A stretch of 32,000 bases of DNA from Ignicoccus islandicus DSM 13165 (GCF_001481685.1 NZ_CP006867.1:600001-632000), one strand, 5' to 3'. Numbered from the stretch's first letter, positions 1 through 9,826 are shown. Made by a program: numbers and translations. Notes: generated by a model not told the origin, from the letters alone.

Positions 1-345
1 CTCTATGAGTCCACGTTGTGAGTGTTTGTCTTTCGGGTGTTCGGCCAAATGCGCTCTAACTCTAACTGCTCTCTTCATTAAATGGAAGAGGTCCTCCGGT
101 ATTGGTGGTGCCACACCTTCCTCTTCCATTATTTGGACAAGTTTCTTTCCAACTATTGGTTTGACTAATGGAATAGCAAATTGGTCTCGTAGAATTATGC
201 CTATCATCGATGGACCATATCCTTTGTGGGCTAGTTCAACTATCATCGTTCTAATTTCTTCTTTGCTGAATCTTACCCATCTAGGTGGCGTATTTCTAAC
301 TGGTCTCTTAGAATGCGACTTTCCTTTTTCCTTCCTCTTGTTCAC
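1..345 (-). CDS. rps15: 30S ribosomal protein S15 (archaeal uS15), partial, truncated at the window start
   Basis: I translated the reverse strand from a GTG at 345 with an upstream GGGAGG: [115 protein letters not shown]. It has characteristic S15 motifs ([25 protein letters not shown]). It is not in the supplied ORF track, which shows only an antisense ORF 5..388. Confidence 0.95.
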   Translation of the reverse strand, partial: MNKRKEKGKSHSKRPVRNTPPRWVRFSKEEIRTMIVELAHKGYGPSMIGIILRDQFAIPLVKPIVGKKLVQIMEEEGVAPPIPEDLFHLMKRAVRVRAHLAEHPKDKHSQRGLIE

Positions 346-435
346 GTTAGCCTCCCAGTGGGGTACTTCTCAAGCTCGGTTTAAATAGATTTAAACAACA
401 ATTCACATAGCTACGCGATAAATATAATAATTATT

Positions 436-1656
436 TTAACCCGAAACTTTGGCTGTATACTCCCTCACGACCTTGGAAAGCCTCTTTATGGCCTCCCTTA
501 TTTCTTCAATGCTTGGATAGGAGAAGTTCAGCCGCATGGTATTTCGTCCACTTCCATCGATGTAGAAGGCCGAGCCAGGAACGTAAGCTACACCTTCACT
601 CAGAGCCATTGGTAACATCTCTTTGGTATCTAGGTTTTCATCAAGGTAAACGAATACGAAGAGTCCGCCTACCGGTTTGGTCCACTTGGCAACGCCATCC
701 ATATACTCTTCCAAGCTCTCTAACATAGCGTCCCTTTTAGCTCTATAGGCTTCTTTGACCTTAGGTATATGACTATCAACAACGCCCCGTTTCAAGGCCT
801 CCGCTGCTATGAGTTGATTAAAAGTTGAAGTATGCAAGTCTGCATTTTGTTTGGCAGTTTCCAGTGCATCAATAATATCTGGATGTGCTGCTACCCATCC
901 TAATCGCAAACCTGGAGCCAATATCTTACTCATAGTGCTTGTATAGATCACTCTGTACTTGTCCTTAGCTCTTAAACGTTCAAACCTTATATGATCTTCG
1001 AACATGAAATGGCTATATGGATCGTCCTCAATAATTAAGAAGTCATATTCTTCTGCCAGTTCTAGGAGCCATTCCCTTCTCTCATTACTCATACTTACTC
1101 CAGAGGGATTCTGTGCAGTTGGAATAGTGTATACAACCTTCGGTTTCTTACCCTCTCTTCTAAACTCCTTTAACTTCTCTTCAAGTTCCTCTATCTTCAT
1201 TCCATGTTCGTCTATTCCAACACCTTCGAATTTTGCGCCAACCGATTTGAAGACGTTAATTGCTGCCAGATAAGTAGGCTTTTCAACAATTACTATGTCA
1301 TTCGGATTTATCAGTATTTGCGAAAGTAAACTTAAAGCTTGTTGGCTACCAGAGGTTACTATTATATTATAAGGTCTCTCGCCTGGAATACCCGCTCTCT
1401 CCATAAATCTTACAAGTTCGTTTCTGAATTCCCTTACGCCTCTAGTAACGCTGTACTGTAAAGCCTTCCAACCGTATTCACGAATTACGTCACTCGAAAT
1501 CTGCGCGAGTTCCTCTACAGGGAAATACTTTGGATCAGGAAGGCCTCCAGCAAGACTAATAACGTTCTTTCCCTCGGTTAACTCCAAAATTTCCCTTATC
1601 TCCGAAGATTCCATAAGGTTTACTCTCTCAGCAATGAATGACTTTATATCTAGCAA
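436..1656 (-). CDS. PLP-dependent class I/II aminotransferase (aromatic / 2-aminoadipate aminotransferase-like)
   Basis: 406 aa with VISLAGGLPDPKYFP, YTIPTAQNPSGVSM, DFLIIEDDPYSHFMF and YTSTMSKILAPGLRLGW (PLP lysine motif). Confidence 0.92.
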   Translation of the reverse strand: MLDIKSFIAERVNLMESSEIREILELTEGKNVISLAGGLPDPKYFPVEELAQISSDVIREYGWKALQYSVTRGVREFRNELVRFMERAGIPGERPYNIIVTSGSQQALSLLSQILINPNDIVIVEKPTYLAAINVFKSVGAKFEGVGIDEHGMKIEELEEKLKEFRREGKKPKVVYTIPTAQNPSGVSMSNERREWLLELAEEYDFLIIEDDPYSHFMFEDHIRFERLRAKDKYRVIYTSTMSKILAPGLRLGWVAAHPDIIDALETAKQNADLHTSTFNQLIAAEALKRGVVDSHIPKVKEAYRAKRDAMLESLEEYMDGVAKWTKPVGGLFVFVYLDENLDTKEMLPMALSEGVAYVPGSAFYIDGSGRNTMRLNFSYPSIEEIREAIKRLSKVVREYTAKVSG

Positions 1657-1723
1657 TAATTCCCACCCTCATCTAATCTCATTTCACTTGTGCAAAAACG
1701 TTTTTGTATTTAAAAGGTTACCC

Positions 1724-2524
1724 TTATATCGCCATTGAAACTAAGAGATTCTTTAGTTTAGGGAAATAATAGACGTTGTACGGATTGTAATGAATGTTGA
1801 GTTCTAAGTCTTTTATTGCTTCTTCAAATATAGCCCTATGCTTTTTAGGTAGCGTATAGATGAACTTCTCAAATTTATTCATTAAAATTCCCAATGCCTT
1901 CCTTAAGAGTCTTACGTATATTTCTATTTCATTTTCAGTAAGCTTCTCGGGAGGGTAATCGTAATGGGCTGCCGGATAATAGATGTCAAAGAACCTGGGA
2001 ACAATAACTAATGGTTCACTGACAACGAAGCGCCATACGTCTACACCGTACTTGTTTATTATAGCCTCTATCTTTCTATACATGAAGCTATCTCGATAGG
2101 GTTTCACCTTAGAACAAGGTGTAAATAATGCTGTGTCGCCTCCAGTTATGTTTTCAAGCAAATAACCAAAGAGATACTCGTGATAATCCATGACAATAGA
2201 GTTTAGGAATAGTTCCTCTCCCTCTAATAGTATAGTTCCAGGGACAGAATAGACTTCCTCGGGAGAATATCCTCGAAGTAAGTAAAATCCAATAGGTGTC
2301 ATTATAACTATCTTTTTCGTAAAGAAGTATTGGGGATCTATTACTAGAGTTTTTATACCGAGCTCTAGTTCCTCTTTAGAGATTGGGACACCTTCTATTA
2401 ACTTTCCGATAATGTTTAGGATATCATCCTTCTTTTCTTTATATATATTAAATGCTTCTTGAAATACGCCGTTTCGAGTCTTCTTATTTTCTATTCTCTC
2501 GACTATTGATATTAGACCGTTCAA
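1724..2524 (-). CDS. ArcS/DUF5591-like protein (stand-alone core-like domain)
   Basis: 266 aa containing TPCSKVKPYRDS and VSEPLVIVPRFFDIYYPAAHYDYP. These resemble the archaeosine synthase (ArcS) motifs PCSxxKPYxxS and SPLGxVPRELExxYPAAHYD. Family call is from memory of motifs only. Confidence 0.6.
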   Translation of the reverse strand: MNGLISIVERIENKKTRNGVFQEAFNIYKEKKDDILNIIGKLIEGVPISKEELELGIKTLVIDPQYFFTKKIVIMTPIGFYLLRGYSPEEVYSVPGTILLEGEELFLNSIVMDYHEYLFGYLLENITGGDTALFTPCSKVKPYRDSFMYRKIEAIINKYGVDVWRFVVSEPLVIVPRFFDIYYPAAHYDYPPEKLTENEIEIYVRLLRKALGILMNKFEKFIYTLPKKHRAIFEEAIKDLELNIHYNPYNVYYFPKLKNLLVSMAI

Positions 2525-3386
2525 TTGGACGTCCCTTTAGGCTATAGAGGTACTTACCTATGGAATTCCCCACATCTAGTAATACAATTGTTAATACCAA
2601 GAAGATTATTGCAGCACCACTGATTGGTACGTTATAGAAGGACGATATTTCAATTCCAATAATCAACGATATCATTGAGGCTATATACGTTATATCAACT
2701 ACGTCCACTAAATCCCTCCTCAATCCTCTAACAGCAAGCAATGTTGGAAGGACGAGTAAGCTTTGAGATGTAAAGAGACCTAGGTAATACGACGTTAAAC
2801 TAGTTCCAAAGACACTAATGAAAACAGCTACTGCAATTCTCAAGAACGTCATAGAGCTCATAACAGAGACATACTCCTTATCGAATATTATGGAGACAAT
2901 GTGATCTCTAATAAGCATTGAGATTATAACGAGAAGTGATGAAATAGCGAAGTATATTACTGCTTCATCGAAGGTAACTAACGTTAAGTCCTTCATTATT
3001 TGGTAGAATGCTTCGAACGCTATTTCTGAATTTGTCAGCATTACTCCTACTACGATAAGCGTAATAATTATTGTGGCTATCTCTGAGGCTTCTTCGGTTT
3101 TTTCTTTCGATTCAGCATATACAAAAAATATACTCAATACCACGCTTAGAAGAAAAAGTATAGATATCGTATAGTACGGTGATAATTGTAGAATAGAACT
3201 TACCATCGATACCATCAAACCCAACAAGCCTGAGCTAAAGAGTATCCCTATTGATTCACTACAGACAATGAAACACGATACTGTAGGGGAAAGCATAGAG
3301 AGAGATGAGCTGGCTATTACTAGACTTGGTTCAGCAACTACCGTCGTTAACACTGTTAGTATTATCGAAATAATGAAAGCGATCAT
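2484..3386 (-). CDS. Putative metal (Zn/Mn-type, ABC-3 family) ABC transporter permease
   Basis: 300 aa with about 8 hydrophobic segments. Translationally overlapped (4 nt) with the upstream ZnuA-like gene; GTSLTSYYLGLFTSQSLLVLPTLLAVRG resembles the ABC-3 permease core. Confidence 0.6.
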   Translation of the reverse strand: MIAFIISIILTVLTTVVAEPSLVIASSSLSMLSPTVSCFIVCSESIGILFSSGLLGLMVSMVSSILQLSPYYTISILFLLSVVLSIFFVYAESKEKTEEASEIATIIITLIVVGVMLTNSEIAFEAFYQIMKDLTLVTFDEAVIYFAISSLLVIISMLIRDHIVSIIFDKEYVSVMSSMTFLRIAVAVFISVFGTSLTSYYLGLFTSQSLLVLPTLLAVRGLRRDLVDVVDITYIASMISLIIGIEISSFYNVPISGAAIIFLVLTIVLLDVGNSIGKYLYSLKGRPIERSNINSRENRK

Positions 3387-4273
3387 TTTACCTTCAAGAG
3401 CTGATCACATACATCTCTTAAATAGTTACTGAAAGTGCTTGGTGTTTCCCATAGTATGTTGATTTTAATTACTGGTACGTCTAACTTCTTTGCTTCTTTA
3501 AGAACTATCTTAGTAATAGGAAGCTTCTCGGAGAATTCCGATACTACTATTGCATCTACACCTTTCAGCAACTTCTTGACCTTACTTAGTTCAGTTAAGC
3601 TAGTATGTACGCCCTTAGTTTGAACTACGTGAACAACGTTTACACCGAAATTGAGTACCGGATAGGTTTCGCCAGGTACCATTGTAATAACTCTTAAGCC
3701 TCGAGTTCTAGGTATGCATTGTACTAGTATTGATTCAATATTGTGAAATTCGGTCTTCAAATTATTGACGTACATGTTACACTTCGATGGTTCTATTTTA
3801 CATGCTATAGATACCATCTTAGACATTATTAATTCTACATTGGGTACATATAACCACCATCCATGTGGATTCAGTCCAACGTTAGCAACGCTCAGAATGA
3901 CGAATCCATGAGACATAAGCTGAATGACTGGGTTACTAAAGGTGGTTATTTGAGGTACGCTTTCCTTACCTTGTTCTAATCTTTTCTCAGCGATTTGAAC
4001 CTCAAAGGGCCAATGTGCTGTCTGGAGGAAAATGTCTGCCTTTAGCGAAGTTGCAACGTCATTCGGAGAAGGTTTCCATATTAAGGGTGAAGTATAAGGT
4101 GGTATCAGAACCTTTACTTGAGCACCAGGAAAGACAGATCTTGCAATCATTCCTAAGGAGTCTATAGTCGTAACTATTTGAAACGAATAAACGAAATTGA
4201 TGCCGACCAAGAGAATGGCAAAAAGTTTTAAGCTAGGAGACGGTCTTTGTTTATCAACCCTTATTATCTTCAT
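3383..4273 (-). CDS. Putative metal ABC transporter substrate-binding protein (ZnuA-like)
   Basis: 296 aa with an N-terminal hydrophobic segment; IVTTIDSLGMIARSV, ADIFLQTAHWPFE, NPHGWWLYVPN and VSEFSEKLP match cluster A-I SBP layout. Adjacent to the permease. Confidence 0.65.
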   Translation of the reverse strand: MKIIRVDKQRPSPSLKLFAILLVGINFVYSFQIVTTIDSLGMIARSVFPGAQVKVLIPPYTSPLIWKPSPNDVATSLKADIFLQTAHWPFEVQIAEKRLEQGKESVPQITTFSNPVIQLMSHGFVILSVANVGLNPHGWWLYVPNVELIMSKMVSIACKIEPSKCNMYVNNLKTEFHNIESILVQCIPRTRGLRVITMVPGETYPVLNFGVNVVHVVQTKGVHTSLTELSKVKKLLKGVDAIVVSEFSEKLPITKIVLKEAKKLDVPVIKINILWETPSTFSNYLRDVCDQLLKVK

Positions 4274-4671
4274 ATTTTCGTACCCTGCTGTCGTAAATAC
4301 ATTACCATTTTAAGAGTGTCTTTAATTATGTCCTTATGATCAAATGCTAACTCTTCCCAAGGTATTTCAGCTATCTCAAACCACTTAGCATCCTCTGCAT
4401 CTGTTCCTGGGGTAGGAGTGACCATCGTTCTCTCTTTGGGTATTGCCAAATAAGCAACGCTAACGTAGTGACCTCGTGGATCTCGATGAGGATCTGAGTA
4501 AACCGATATTAGAGTTACTAACTCGCCTTCAATACCGGTCTCCTCCTTTAGTTCTCTGAGGGCTGCATCTTCAACTCTCTCACCACATTCCACGTGCCCA
4601 CCTGGAAGTGCCCATTTACCCTTGAACGGCTCCCTCCCTCTCTTTATTAGCAATATTTTATCTTTATACAT
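4270..4671 (-). CDS. Nudix hydrolase (ADP-ribose pyrophosphatase-like)
   Basis: Nudix box GHVECGERVEDAALRELKEETGIEGEL (GX5EX7REUXEEXGU). Confidence 0.95.
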   Translation of the reverse strand: MYKDKILLIKRGREPFKGKWALPGGHVECGERVEDAALRELKEETGIEGELVTLISVYSDPHRDPRGHYVSVAYLAIPKERTMVTPTPGTDAEDAKWFEIAEIPWEELAFDHKDIIKDTLKMVMYLRQQGTKI

Positions 4672-4775
4672 TAGTACTACGTCTGTGGTTAGAATAGGTC
4701 TACACTTGCCTTTCTCTGCCGTAACTATTTTCGTTCACCTCTAGATTCATTTAGGCACTAATTATGAACTTAAAA

Positions 4776-5693
4776 TTAAGCATTAGCTTGCGATTCTCTT
4801 TCTCTCATAGCCTTTTCTGCCATTATTATAGCTAGATAATATAGAACGAACATTGGTATACCAATAGCAAGCATGCTCACGCCGGTACCTCCAGGCGTTA
4901 TTACAGCTGCTATAAACATTATCACTAAGAAAGCTATCCTCAAGTTTCTTCCTTTTAGCTGTTCAGGTCTTAAGATTCCAAGTAAGACTAAATAGTAAAC
5001 TACTATGGGTAACAGGAACGATAATCCCGTTACTAGAGATGTAAATATAACGAAGTTTATGACATCGGATAAGCACCACCTCACTTCAGCACCTGCTACT
5101 TGTCCAAATATCACCACGAGTTGAAGTCCGAAGGGCACTACTATAGTAATTGCGAATACCTCACCTAGTAAGAAGAGACCAACAGTACTCAATATCCCGT
5201 TCCTTATCATTCTCCTTTCATGTTTTTCGAGTGCTGGCCATATGTAGCATAGCATTTGGTAAACTATGTAAGGCAATGAAAGTATGAGGGCGCCCCAGAT
5301 TATAATTACAACATACGCGTTCATCAAACCTTCAGCATTACAAATTATGGGTGTAATACCCATTCTATCTATCGCTACGGTAACTACTCTAAGAAGGGCA
5401 ACCATTGCTGGAATGTAACCGAGCCAGCGCAAGAGCTCCTTTAGGTACTCGGCACCAACTATATTACCAACATCATTGGGACTACAGTAAACCCCAAATA
5501 GCGGACACGAAATCCAGTTTATTGGAAAGAATACTACTATCAATACCGAAATTAAGAACGCGAATATCGAACGTCTAATTCTTATTATTAATTCTTCGAT
5601 ATGTGGTGTAATGTCCTCTGAATACGCAGCTTCGCTTTCGCATTCAAAGGCAGATTTTAACGGTTTCAATATTTTCTTTAAAAGTTTATTCAT
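4776..5693 (-). CDS. tatC: Sec-independent protein translocase TatC
   Basis: 305 aa, multi-TM: HIEELIIRIRRSIFAFLISVLIV..., PYIVYQMLCYIWPALEKHERR, FLLPIVVYYLVLLGIL, FRIAFLVIMFIAAVITPGGTGVSM. A tatA-like gene lies next to it. Confidence 0.93.
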   Translation of the reverse strand: MNKLLKKILKPLKSAFECESEAAYSEDITPHIEELIIRIRRSIFAFLISVLIVVFFPINWISCPLFGVYCSPNDVGNIVGAEYLKELLRWLGYIPAMVALLRVVTVAIDRMGITPIICNAEGLMNAYVVIIIWGALILSLPYIVYQMLCYIWPALEKHERRMIRNGILSTVGLFLLGEVFAITIVVPFGLQLVVIFGQVAGAEVRWCLSDVINFVIFTSLVTGLSFLLPIVVYYLVLLGILRPEQLKGRNLRIAFLVIMFIAAVITPGGTGVSMLAIGIPMFVLYYLAIIMAEKAMRERESQANA

Positions 5694-5730
5694 TTCGTAA
5701 CCCTTTCAGACCTAGGGTTATATGCGGAAT

Positions 5731-6075
5731 TTATTCTTCCGTTAGTTTCTCTTCTTTAGCTTTAGCAACTATTTCCTTTTCGAGTTCCTCTCGTGTCTTA
5801 CCTTCGGTTTCGATTCCAAGTCTCTTAGCTATTTCTCTAATTTGTTCATCAGTGAGCTTCTTCTCTTCTTTTTCCTCTCTCTTTTTGGGTTTCTCTTCTT
5901 CGTATTCACCCTCCATTGCCTTCTTGAATTCCCTTACTGCCTCGCCGAATCCCCTAGCCAGTTCGGGTATCTTCGAAGGCCCTAAGATGAGGAGAAGCGC
6001 TAGTATCAGTAATATTAGCATCTCATTTGGACCCACACTGAGCAAAGGCACCAGTAACATTTCGATCAACGCCAT
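5731..6075 (-). CDS. tatA: Sec-independent protein translocase TatA
   Basis: Start trimmed to the ATG at 6073-6075: MALIEMLLVPLLSVGPNEMLILLILALLLILGPSKIPELARGFGEAVREFKKAMEGE..., a TatA TM plus amphipathic helix. The longer tracked ORF (to 6330) overlaps rpl13e. Confidence 0.9.
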   Translation of the reverse strand: MALIEMLLVPLLSVGPNEMLILLILALLLILGPSKIPELARGFGEAVREFKKAMEGEYEEEKPKKREEKEEKKLTDEQIREIAKRLGIETEGKTREELEKEIVAKAKEEKLTEE

Positions 6076-6193
6076 CCCTAGCTTTTGAGTGAAATATATA
6101 TTTATTTTGTTATTTTCTCTTAAACTGATCCCTAAGAAGCGCGAGAATTCAAGTATTATAACCTCTCTCAGAACGTTCAGCTGGTGACCATAA

Positions 6194-6430
6194 ATGGAGG
6201 TACCAAAGGCAGAAGTACTTACACCAATACTTAGAAAGGACGCTGGTAAGAAGCCCAAGAGAAGGACTGGTAAAGGGTTTAGTAAGGGTGAACTTGAAGC
6301 AGTTGGTCTAGATTTCAAGAGAGCGCTCAAATTAGGTCTTCCAATTGATAAAAGGAGAAAGACTGTCCATGAATGGAACGTTGAAAAACTCCGTAAGTAC
6401 CTTTCTAATATAACCGGAAGGAAAGAATGA
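6194..6430 (+). CDS. rpl13e: 50S ribosomal protein L13e
   Basis: 78 aa MEVPKAEVLTPILRKDAGKKPKRRTGKGFSKGELEAVGLDFKRALKLGLPIDKRRKTVHEWNVEKLRKYL; matches the archaeal L13e pattern (RxGRGFSxGELxxAGL, GxPxDxRRxxxHxxNV). Confidence 0.88.
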   Translation: MEVPKAEVLTPILRKDAGKKPKRRTGKGFSKGELEAVGLDFKRALKLGLPIDKRRKTVHEWNVEKLRKYLSNITGRKE

Positions 6431-6545
6431 CACGAAAAAGAAGGCTTTTCTTTATTATTATAGTAGTTTGGGGCATTTCACTAATGTTGTTAATTTATTT
6501 GTATTGGAACTTCCTTACTGAACTATTTCAAATGGTGACGAAGAA

Positions 6546-7121
6546 ATGAAGATAGTGGTAGGTATAACTGGTGCATCCGGATTACCACTCTCTTCTAGGT
6601 TAATTGATGTATTGAGGCAAAATAGTAACATACACGTTCACGTAGTAGCATCCGAAGGTGCCTTACTTGTAGCACGTGAAGAACCATGCACGTACCCGGA
6701 TCTAAAGCCATGTGATTTAGTCAAATACATTAAAAGTATGGGGGTTGGTATCGACGTTAGCCTCTCTTCAATGTATGCTTCCAGTTCAAACGTTCCAGAT
6801 AAAGTCGTAATAGTTCCAGCTTCGATGAAGAGCGTTGCTTCCATATCTTTAGGACTCGCAAATACCTTACCCACACGTGTTGCATTGAACGCATTAAGGA
6901 TGGGGCGAGAACTAGTACTAGTACCTAGAGAAACTCCTTTGGGAAGCATTGAACTAGGACATTTATACAAACTTTCTACACTGGGAGTTAAAATAGTTCC
7001 ACCAATCCCGGCCTTTTACCCTAATCCTTCATCTATACTCGATATAATAGATTTTATCGTAGGCAAAATCTTAGACGTCATGAAAATCGATCATAATTTG
7101 TATAAACGCTATAAACATTAA
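6546..7121 (+). CDS. ubiX: Flavin prenyltransferase UbiX
   Basis: 191 aa with KIVVGITGASGLPLSSRLIDVL, VPASMKSVASISLGLANTLPTRVALNALRMGRELVLVPRETPLGSIELGHLYKLSTLGVKIVPPIPAFY. Confidence 0.93.
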   Translation: MKIVVGITGASGLPLSSRLIDVLRQNSNIHVHVVASEGALLVAREEPCTYPDLKPCDLVKYIKSMGVGIDVSLSSMYASSSNVPDKVVIVPASMKSVASISLGLANTLPTRVALNALRMGRELVLVPRETPLGSIELGHLYKLSTLGVKIVPPIPAFYPNPSSILDIIDFIVGKILDVMKIDHNLYKRYKH

Positions 7122-7173
7122 CTCAGCGAAATAATATTTTACTACACCTAGCGGTCTGTCCAGGTGTACTTAA

Positions 7174-8313
7174 TTGAATTCAATTGGATGTGAATTAGAG
7201 GTTCTAGTGCTAAAAGGATCGGAACCTTTAACTCGGACCGAATTCTTACGTATCATCGAAGAGGAACTGAAAGGCGAAATATTAAGAGATCCGTGTACTA
7301 ACGACATAGTCGGTACAAGGCTTGAAAACAACGTTACCTTAAAGACCGATACTACCTCTATGATCTGGGAGTTCTCTTTCCCGCCTGTTACGAATACCAA
7401 AAGTTTAATTAACCAAATATATAAAGTGAGAGAATTGATATCTGAGCTAGGTCTCCAATTATATCCTTCTGGGTACTATCCTAATCCTGGAATCAAATGG
7501 TACATTAGAAACGCTTCTCCTCGAGGTCATTATAGGTTGCTTCATTGGTATGGATATTCTCATTGGAAGATTGCTTCGATGGCATCTACGCAAATATGGT
7601 TGGAAGTACCAGTCAATGCGTTGCCACGAACTCTTTCACTGATAAACGCGATATCACCCAGTATATTAGAAAAGTTCGCAAATTCAGAATGTTGTTCATG
7701 GAAAGAGTATCGCGTTGAACTATGGCGCCAATTCGCTATAACTTCGTGGGCTACAGTACCTGAAACGTGGTTACCTAAAGTATTTCGGTCATGGAAAGAC
7801 ATATTAGATTATTTATTTTCAGGAAGGCTCCAAGAAACTTCGATGTGTAAGGATCTCTCTGGATATTCGCTAAATGAACTTGCTTCGATGCTTATGGAAA
7901 GCAGTGGCCAAGTTTTAGCCCGTTCTTTTGATATGAGTCTCTCTACTGCTTCTTCGAGAGAAATTATTGAAGGAATGCAGAGGTGGATATTTAACCCAGC
8001 CATTCCTAGATGGTGGAGTTCACGTAACATACCCAATGAGTGGTTAACAGAGTATTTGCGAGGAAACACTGAACCATTCGTTGAGAGTCTCGAAAGAACC
8101 TTTATAGAAGTTAGGTTCTTACCTACGCTAGCTACAACACCAGAGAAGTTACATGATGTTATCGAAACGCTTGTACAAGTGCTTGATGCTGGACGCGACG
8201 TTGAAGTAGATCTAAATATAGAGCCTATAATTAAACACGAGTACTTAGAGGCTGCCAAAGGCATAAAACCTAAATCATCTAATCGTATTCTCGAAAAACT
8301 TACAAAGAGATAA
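7174..8313 (+). CDS. Divergent GCS2-like carboxylate-amine ligase (glutamate-cysteine ligase family)
   Basis: 379 aa with IGCELEVLVLKGSEPL, MIWEFSFPPVTNTKSLINQIYKVRELISELGLQLYPSGYYPNPG, TQIWLEVPVNA and FIEVRFLPTLATTPEKLHDVIETLV, in the order expected for GCS2-family enzymes. Confidence 0.55.
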   Translation: MNSIGCELEVLVLKGSEPLTRTEFLRIIEEELKGEILRDPCTNDIVGTRLENNVTLKTDTTSMIWEFSFPPVTNTKSLINQIYKVRELISELGLQLYPSGYYPNPGIKWYIRNASPRGHYRLLHWYGYSHWKIASMASTQIWLEVPVNALPRTLSLINAISPSILEKFANSECCSWKEYRVELWRQFAITSWATVPETWLPKVFRSWKDILDYLFSGRLQETSMCKDLSGYSLNELASMLMESSGQVLARSFDMSLSTASSREIIEGMQRWIFNPAIPRWWSSRNIPNEWLTEYLRGNTEPFVESLERTFIEVRFLPTLATTPEKLHDVIETLVQVLDAGRDVEVDLNIEPIIKHEYLEAAKGIKPKSSNRILEKLTKR

Positions 8314-8362
8314 AGCTATTACGGTATTATCTAATAAGACTGATGTTATACTAGTCGACTAA

Positions 8363-8373
8363 TTTTTAAATAC
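8363..8373 (+). promoter_or_regulatory. Likely TATA box of the EF-1alpha gene
   Basis: TTTTTAAATA about 40 nt upstream of the ATG, followed by GAGGT immediately upstream of the start. Confidence 0.55.
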
Positions 8374-8410
8374 GCACAGAGTCAAGTGGGTAACGGAGGA
8401 ATGAGGTAAC

Positions 8411-9739
8411 ATGAGCAAGAAAGAGAAGCCTCACATGAACTTAGTAGTAATTGGACACGTAGACCACGGCAAGAGCACGCTAGTGGGCCACCTACTATAC
8501 GAGCTAGGCTTCGTCGATGAAAAGACCTTGAAGATGTTGGAAGAGGAAGCAAAGAAGAGGGGTAAGGAGAGCTTCAAGTATGCTTGGTTGCTAGACAAGC
8601 TAAAAGAGGAAAGAGAAAGAGGAGTTACTATCGACCTAACTTTCATGAAGTTCGAGACGCCCAAGTACTACTTTACCATAATTGACGCCCCCGGTCACAG
8701 AGACTTCATTAAGAACATGATCACTGGCGCTAGTCAAGCTGACGCTGCAATATTGGTAGTAAGCGCAAGGCCTGGTGAATTCGAAAGCGGTATGAGCGCA
8801 GAGGGCCAGACCAGAGAGCACATCTTGCTAGCTAAGACCATGGGTATCGACCAAATAATAGTCGCTGTAAACAAGATGGATGCCACCGAACCACCGTGGA
8901 GTGAAAAGAGGTATAACGAGATAGTCAACACCTTGAAGAAGTTCATGAAGAGCTTGGGTTTCAAAGTAGATCAAATTCCATTCATACCTGTCAGTGCATG
9001 GACCGGTGACAACATCATTAAGAGAAGCGAAAACATGCCTTGGTACAAGGGACCAACTCTAGTTGAAGCTTTAGATCAACTACAACCACCAAGCGTTGAG
9101 AAGTGGATGAAACTACCACTAAGGATACCTATACAAGACGTATACACTATCACGGGTGTTGGTACTGTACCAGTAGGAAGGGTTGAAACTGGTGTCCTAA
9201 GAGTAGGAGACAAGGTCGTATTCATGCCACCGGGTGTAGGCGGTGAAGTCAGATCTATCGAAATGCACCACGAGAAGATACAAGAAGCCAGGCCCGGTGA
9301 CAACATAGGTTTCAACGTCAGAGGTGTTGGTAAGGGTGACATAAAGAGAGGCGATGTCGCTGGCCACCCAGACAACCCGCCTACCGTTGCCGATCAATTC
9401 ACGGCAAGGGTCTTCGTCATATGGCATCCAAGCGCCATCGCAGTGGGATACACCCCAGTAGTTCACGCTCACACTGCTAGCATTGCATGCAGGATCATTG
9501 AGCTAAAGCAAAAGCTAGACCCAAGAACTGGTAAAGTGGTAGAGGAGAATCCGAGCTTCCTCAAAGCCGGTGATGCAGCAATTGTAACCTTCAAGCCACT
9601 GAAGCCTATGGTCATAGAGAAGTTCCAAGACATACCACCACTTGGAAGATTCGCAATGAGAGACATGGGTAAGACTGTAGGTATAGGTATTGTAACTGAC
9701 GTCAAGCCAATGAAAGTTGAAATCAAGTTAAAGAAGTAA
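8411..9739 (+). CDS. tuf: Translation elongation factor 1-alpha (EF-Tu family)
   Basis: 442 aa with G1 [21 protein letters not shown]; full-length archaeal EF-1alpha. Confidence 0.99.
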   Translation: MSKKEKPHMNLVVIGHVDHGKSTLVGHLLYELGFVDEKTLKMLEEEAKKRGKESFKYAWLLDKLKEERERGVTIDLTFMKFETPKYYFTIIDAPGHRDFIKNMITGASQADAAILVVSARPGEFESGMSAEGQTREHILLAKTMGIDQIIVAVNKMDATEPPWSEKRYNEIVNTLKKFMKSLGFKVDQIPFIPVSAWTGDNIIKRSENMPWYKGPTLVEALDQLQPPSVEKWMKLPLRIPIQDVYTITGVGTVPVGRVETGVLRVGDKVVFMPPGVGGEVRSIEMHHEKIQEARPGDNIGFNVRGVGKGDIKRGDVAGHPDNPPTVADQFTARVFVIWHPSAIAVGYTPVVHAHTASIACRIIELKQKLDPRTGKVVEENPSFLKAGDAAIVTFKPLKPMVIEKFQDIPPLGRFAMRDMGKTVGIGIVTDVKPMKVEIKLKK

Positions 9740-9826
9740 AACAACTATTACTCTTTTTAACGCAAAGCTTCTCACATTAACAATACTCAACTTACTTATT
9801 CGAAAATAACTATTTACTAATACTCT

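Noticed and set aside
5-388. Plus-strand 127-aa ORF at the window start
   Set aside because: Antisense to a clear minus-strand ribosomal protein S15; the antisense protein has no recognisable features.
6076-6330. N-terminal extension of the TatA ORF (to 6330)
   Set aside because: Overlaps rpl13e on the other strand; the conserved TatA begins at the ATG at 6073-6075.
8431-9744. Several ORFs of 61-99 aa overlapping the EF-1alpha gene (8431-8664, 8734-8964, 9076-9375, 9469-9744 on minus; 8636-8821, 9197-9472 on plus)
   Set aside because: Shadow ORFs of a highly conserved, codon-biased gene; no start signals or recognisable products.
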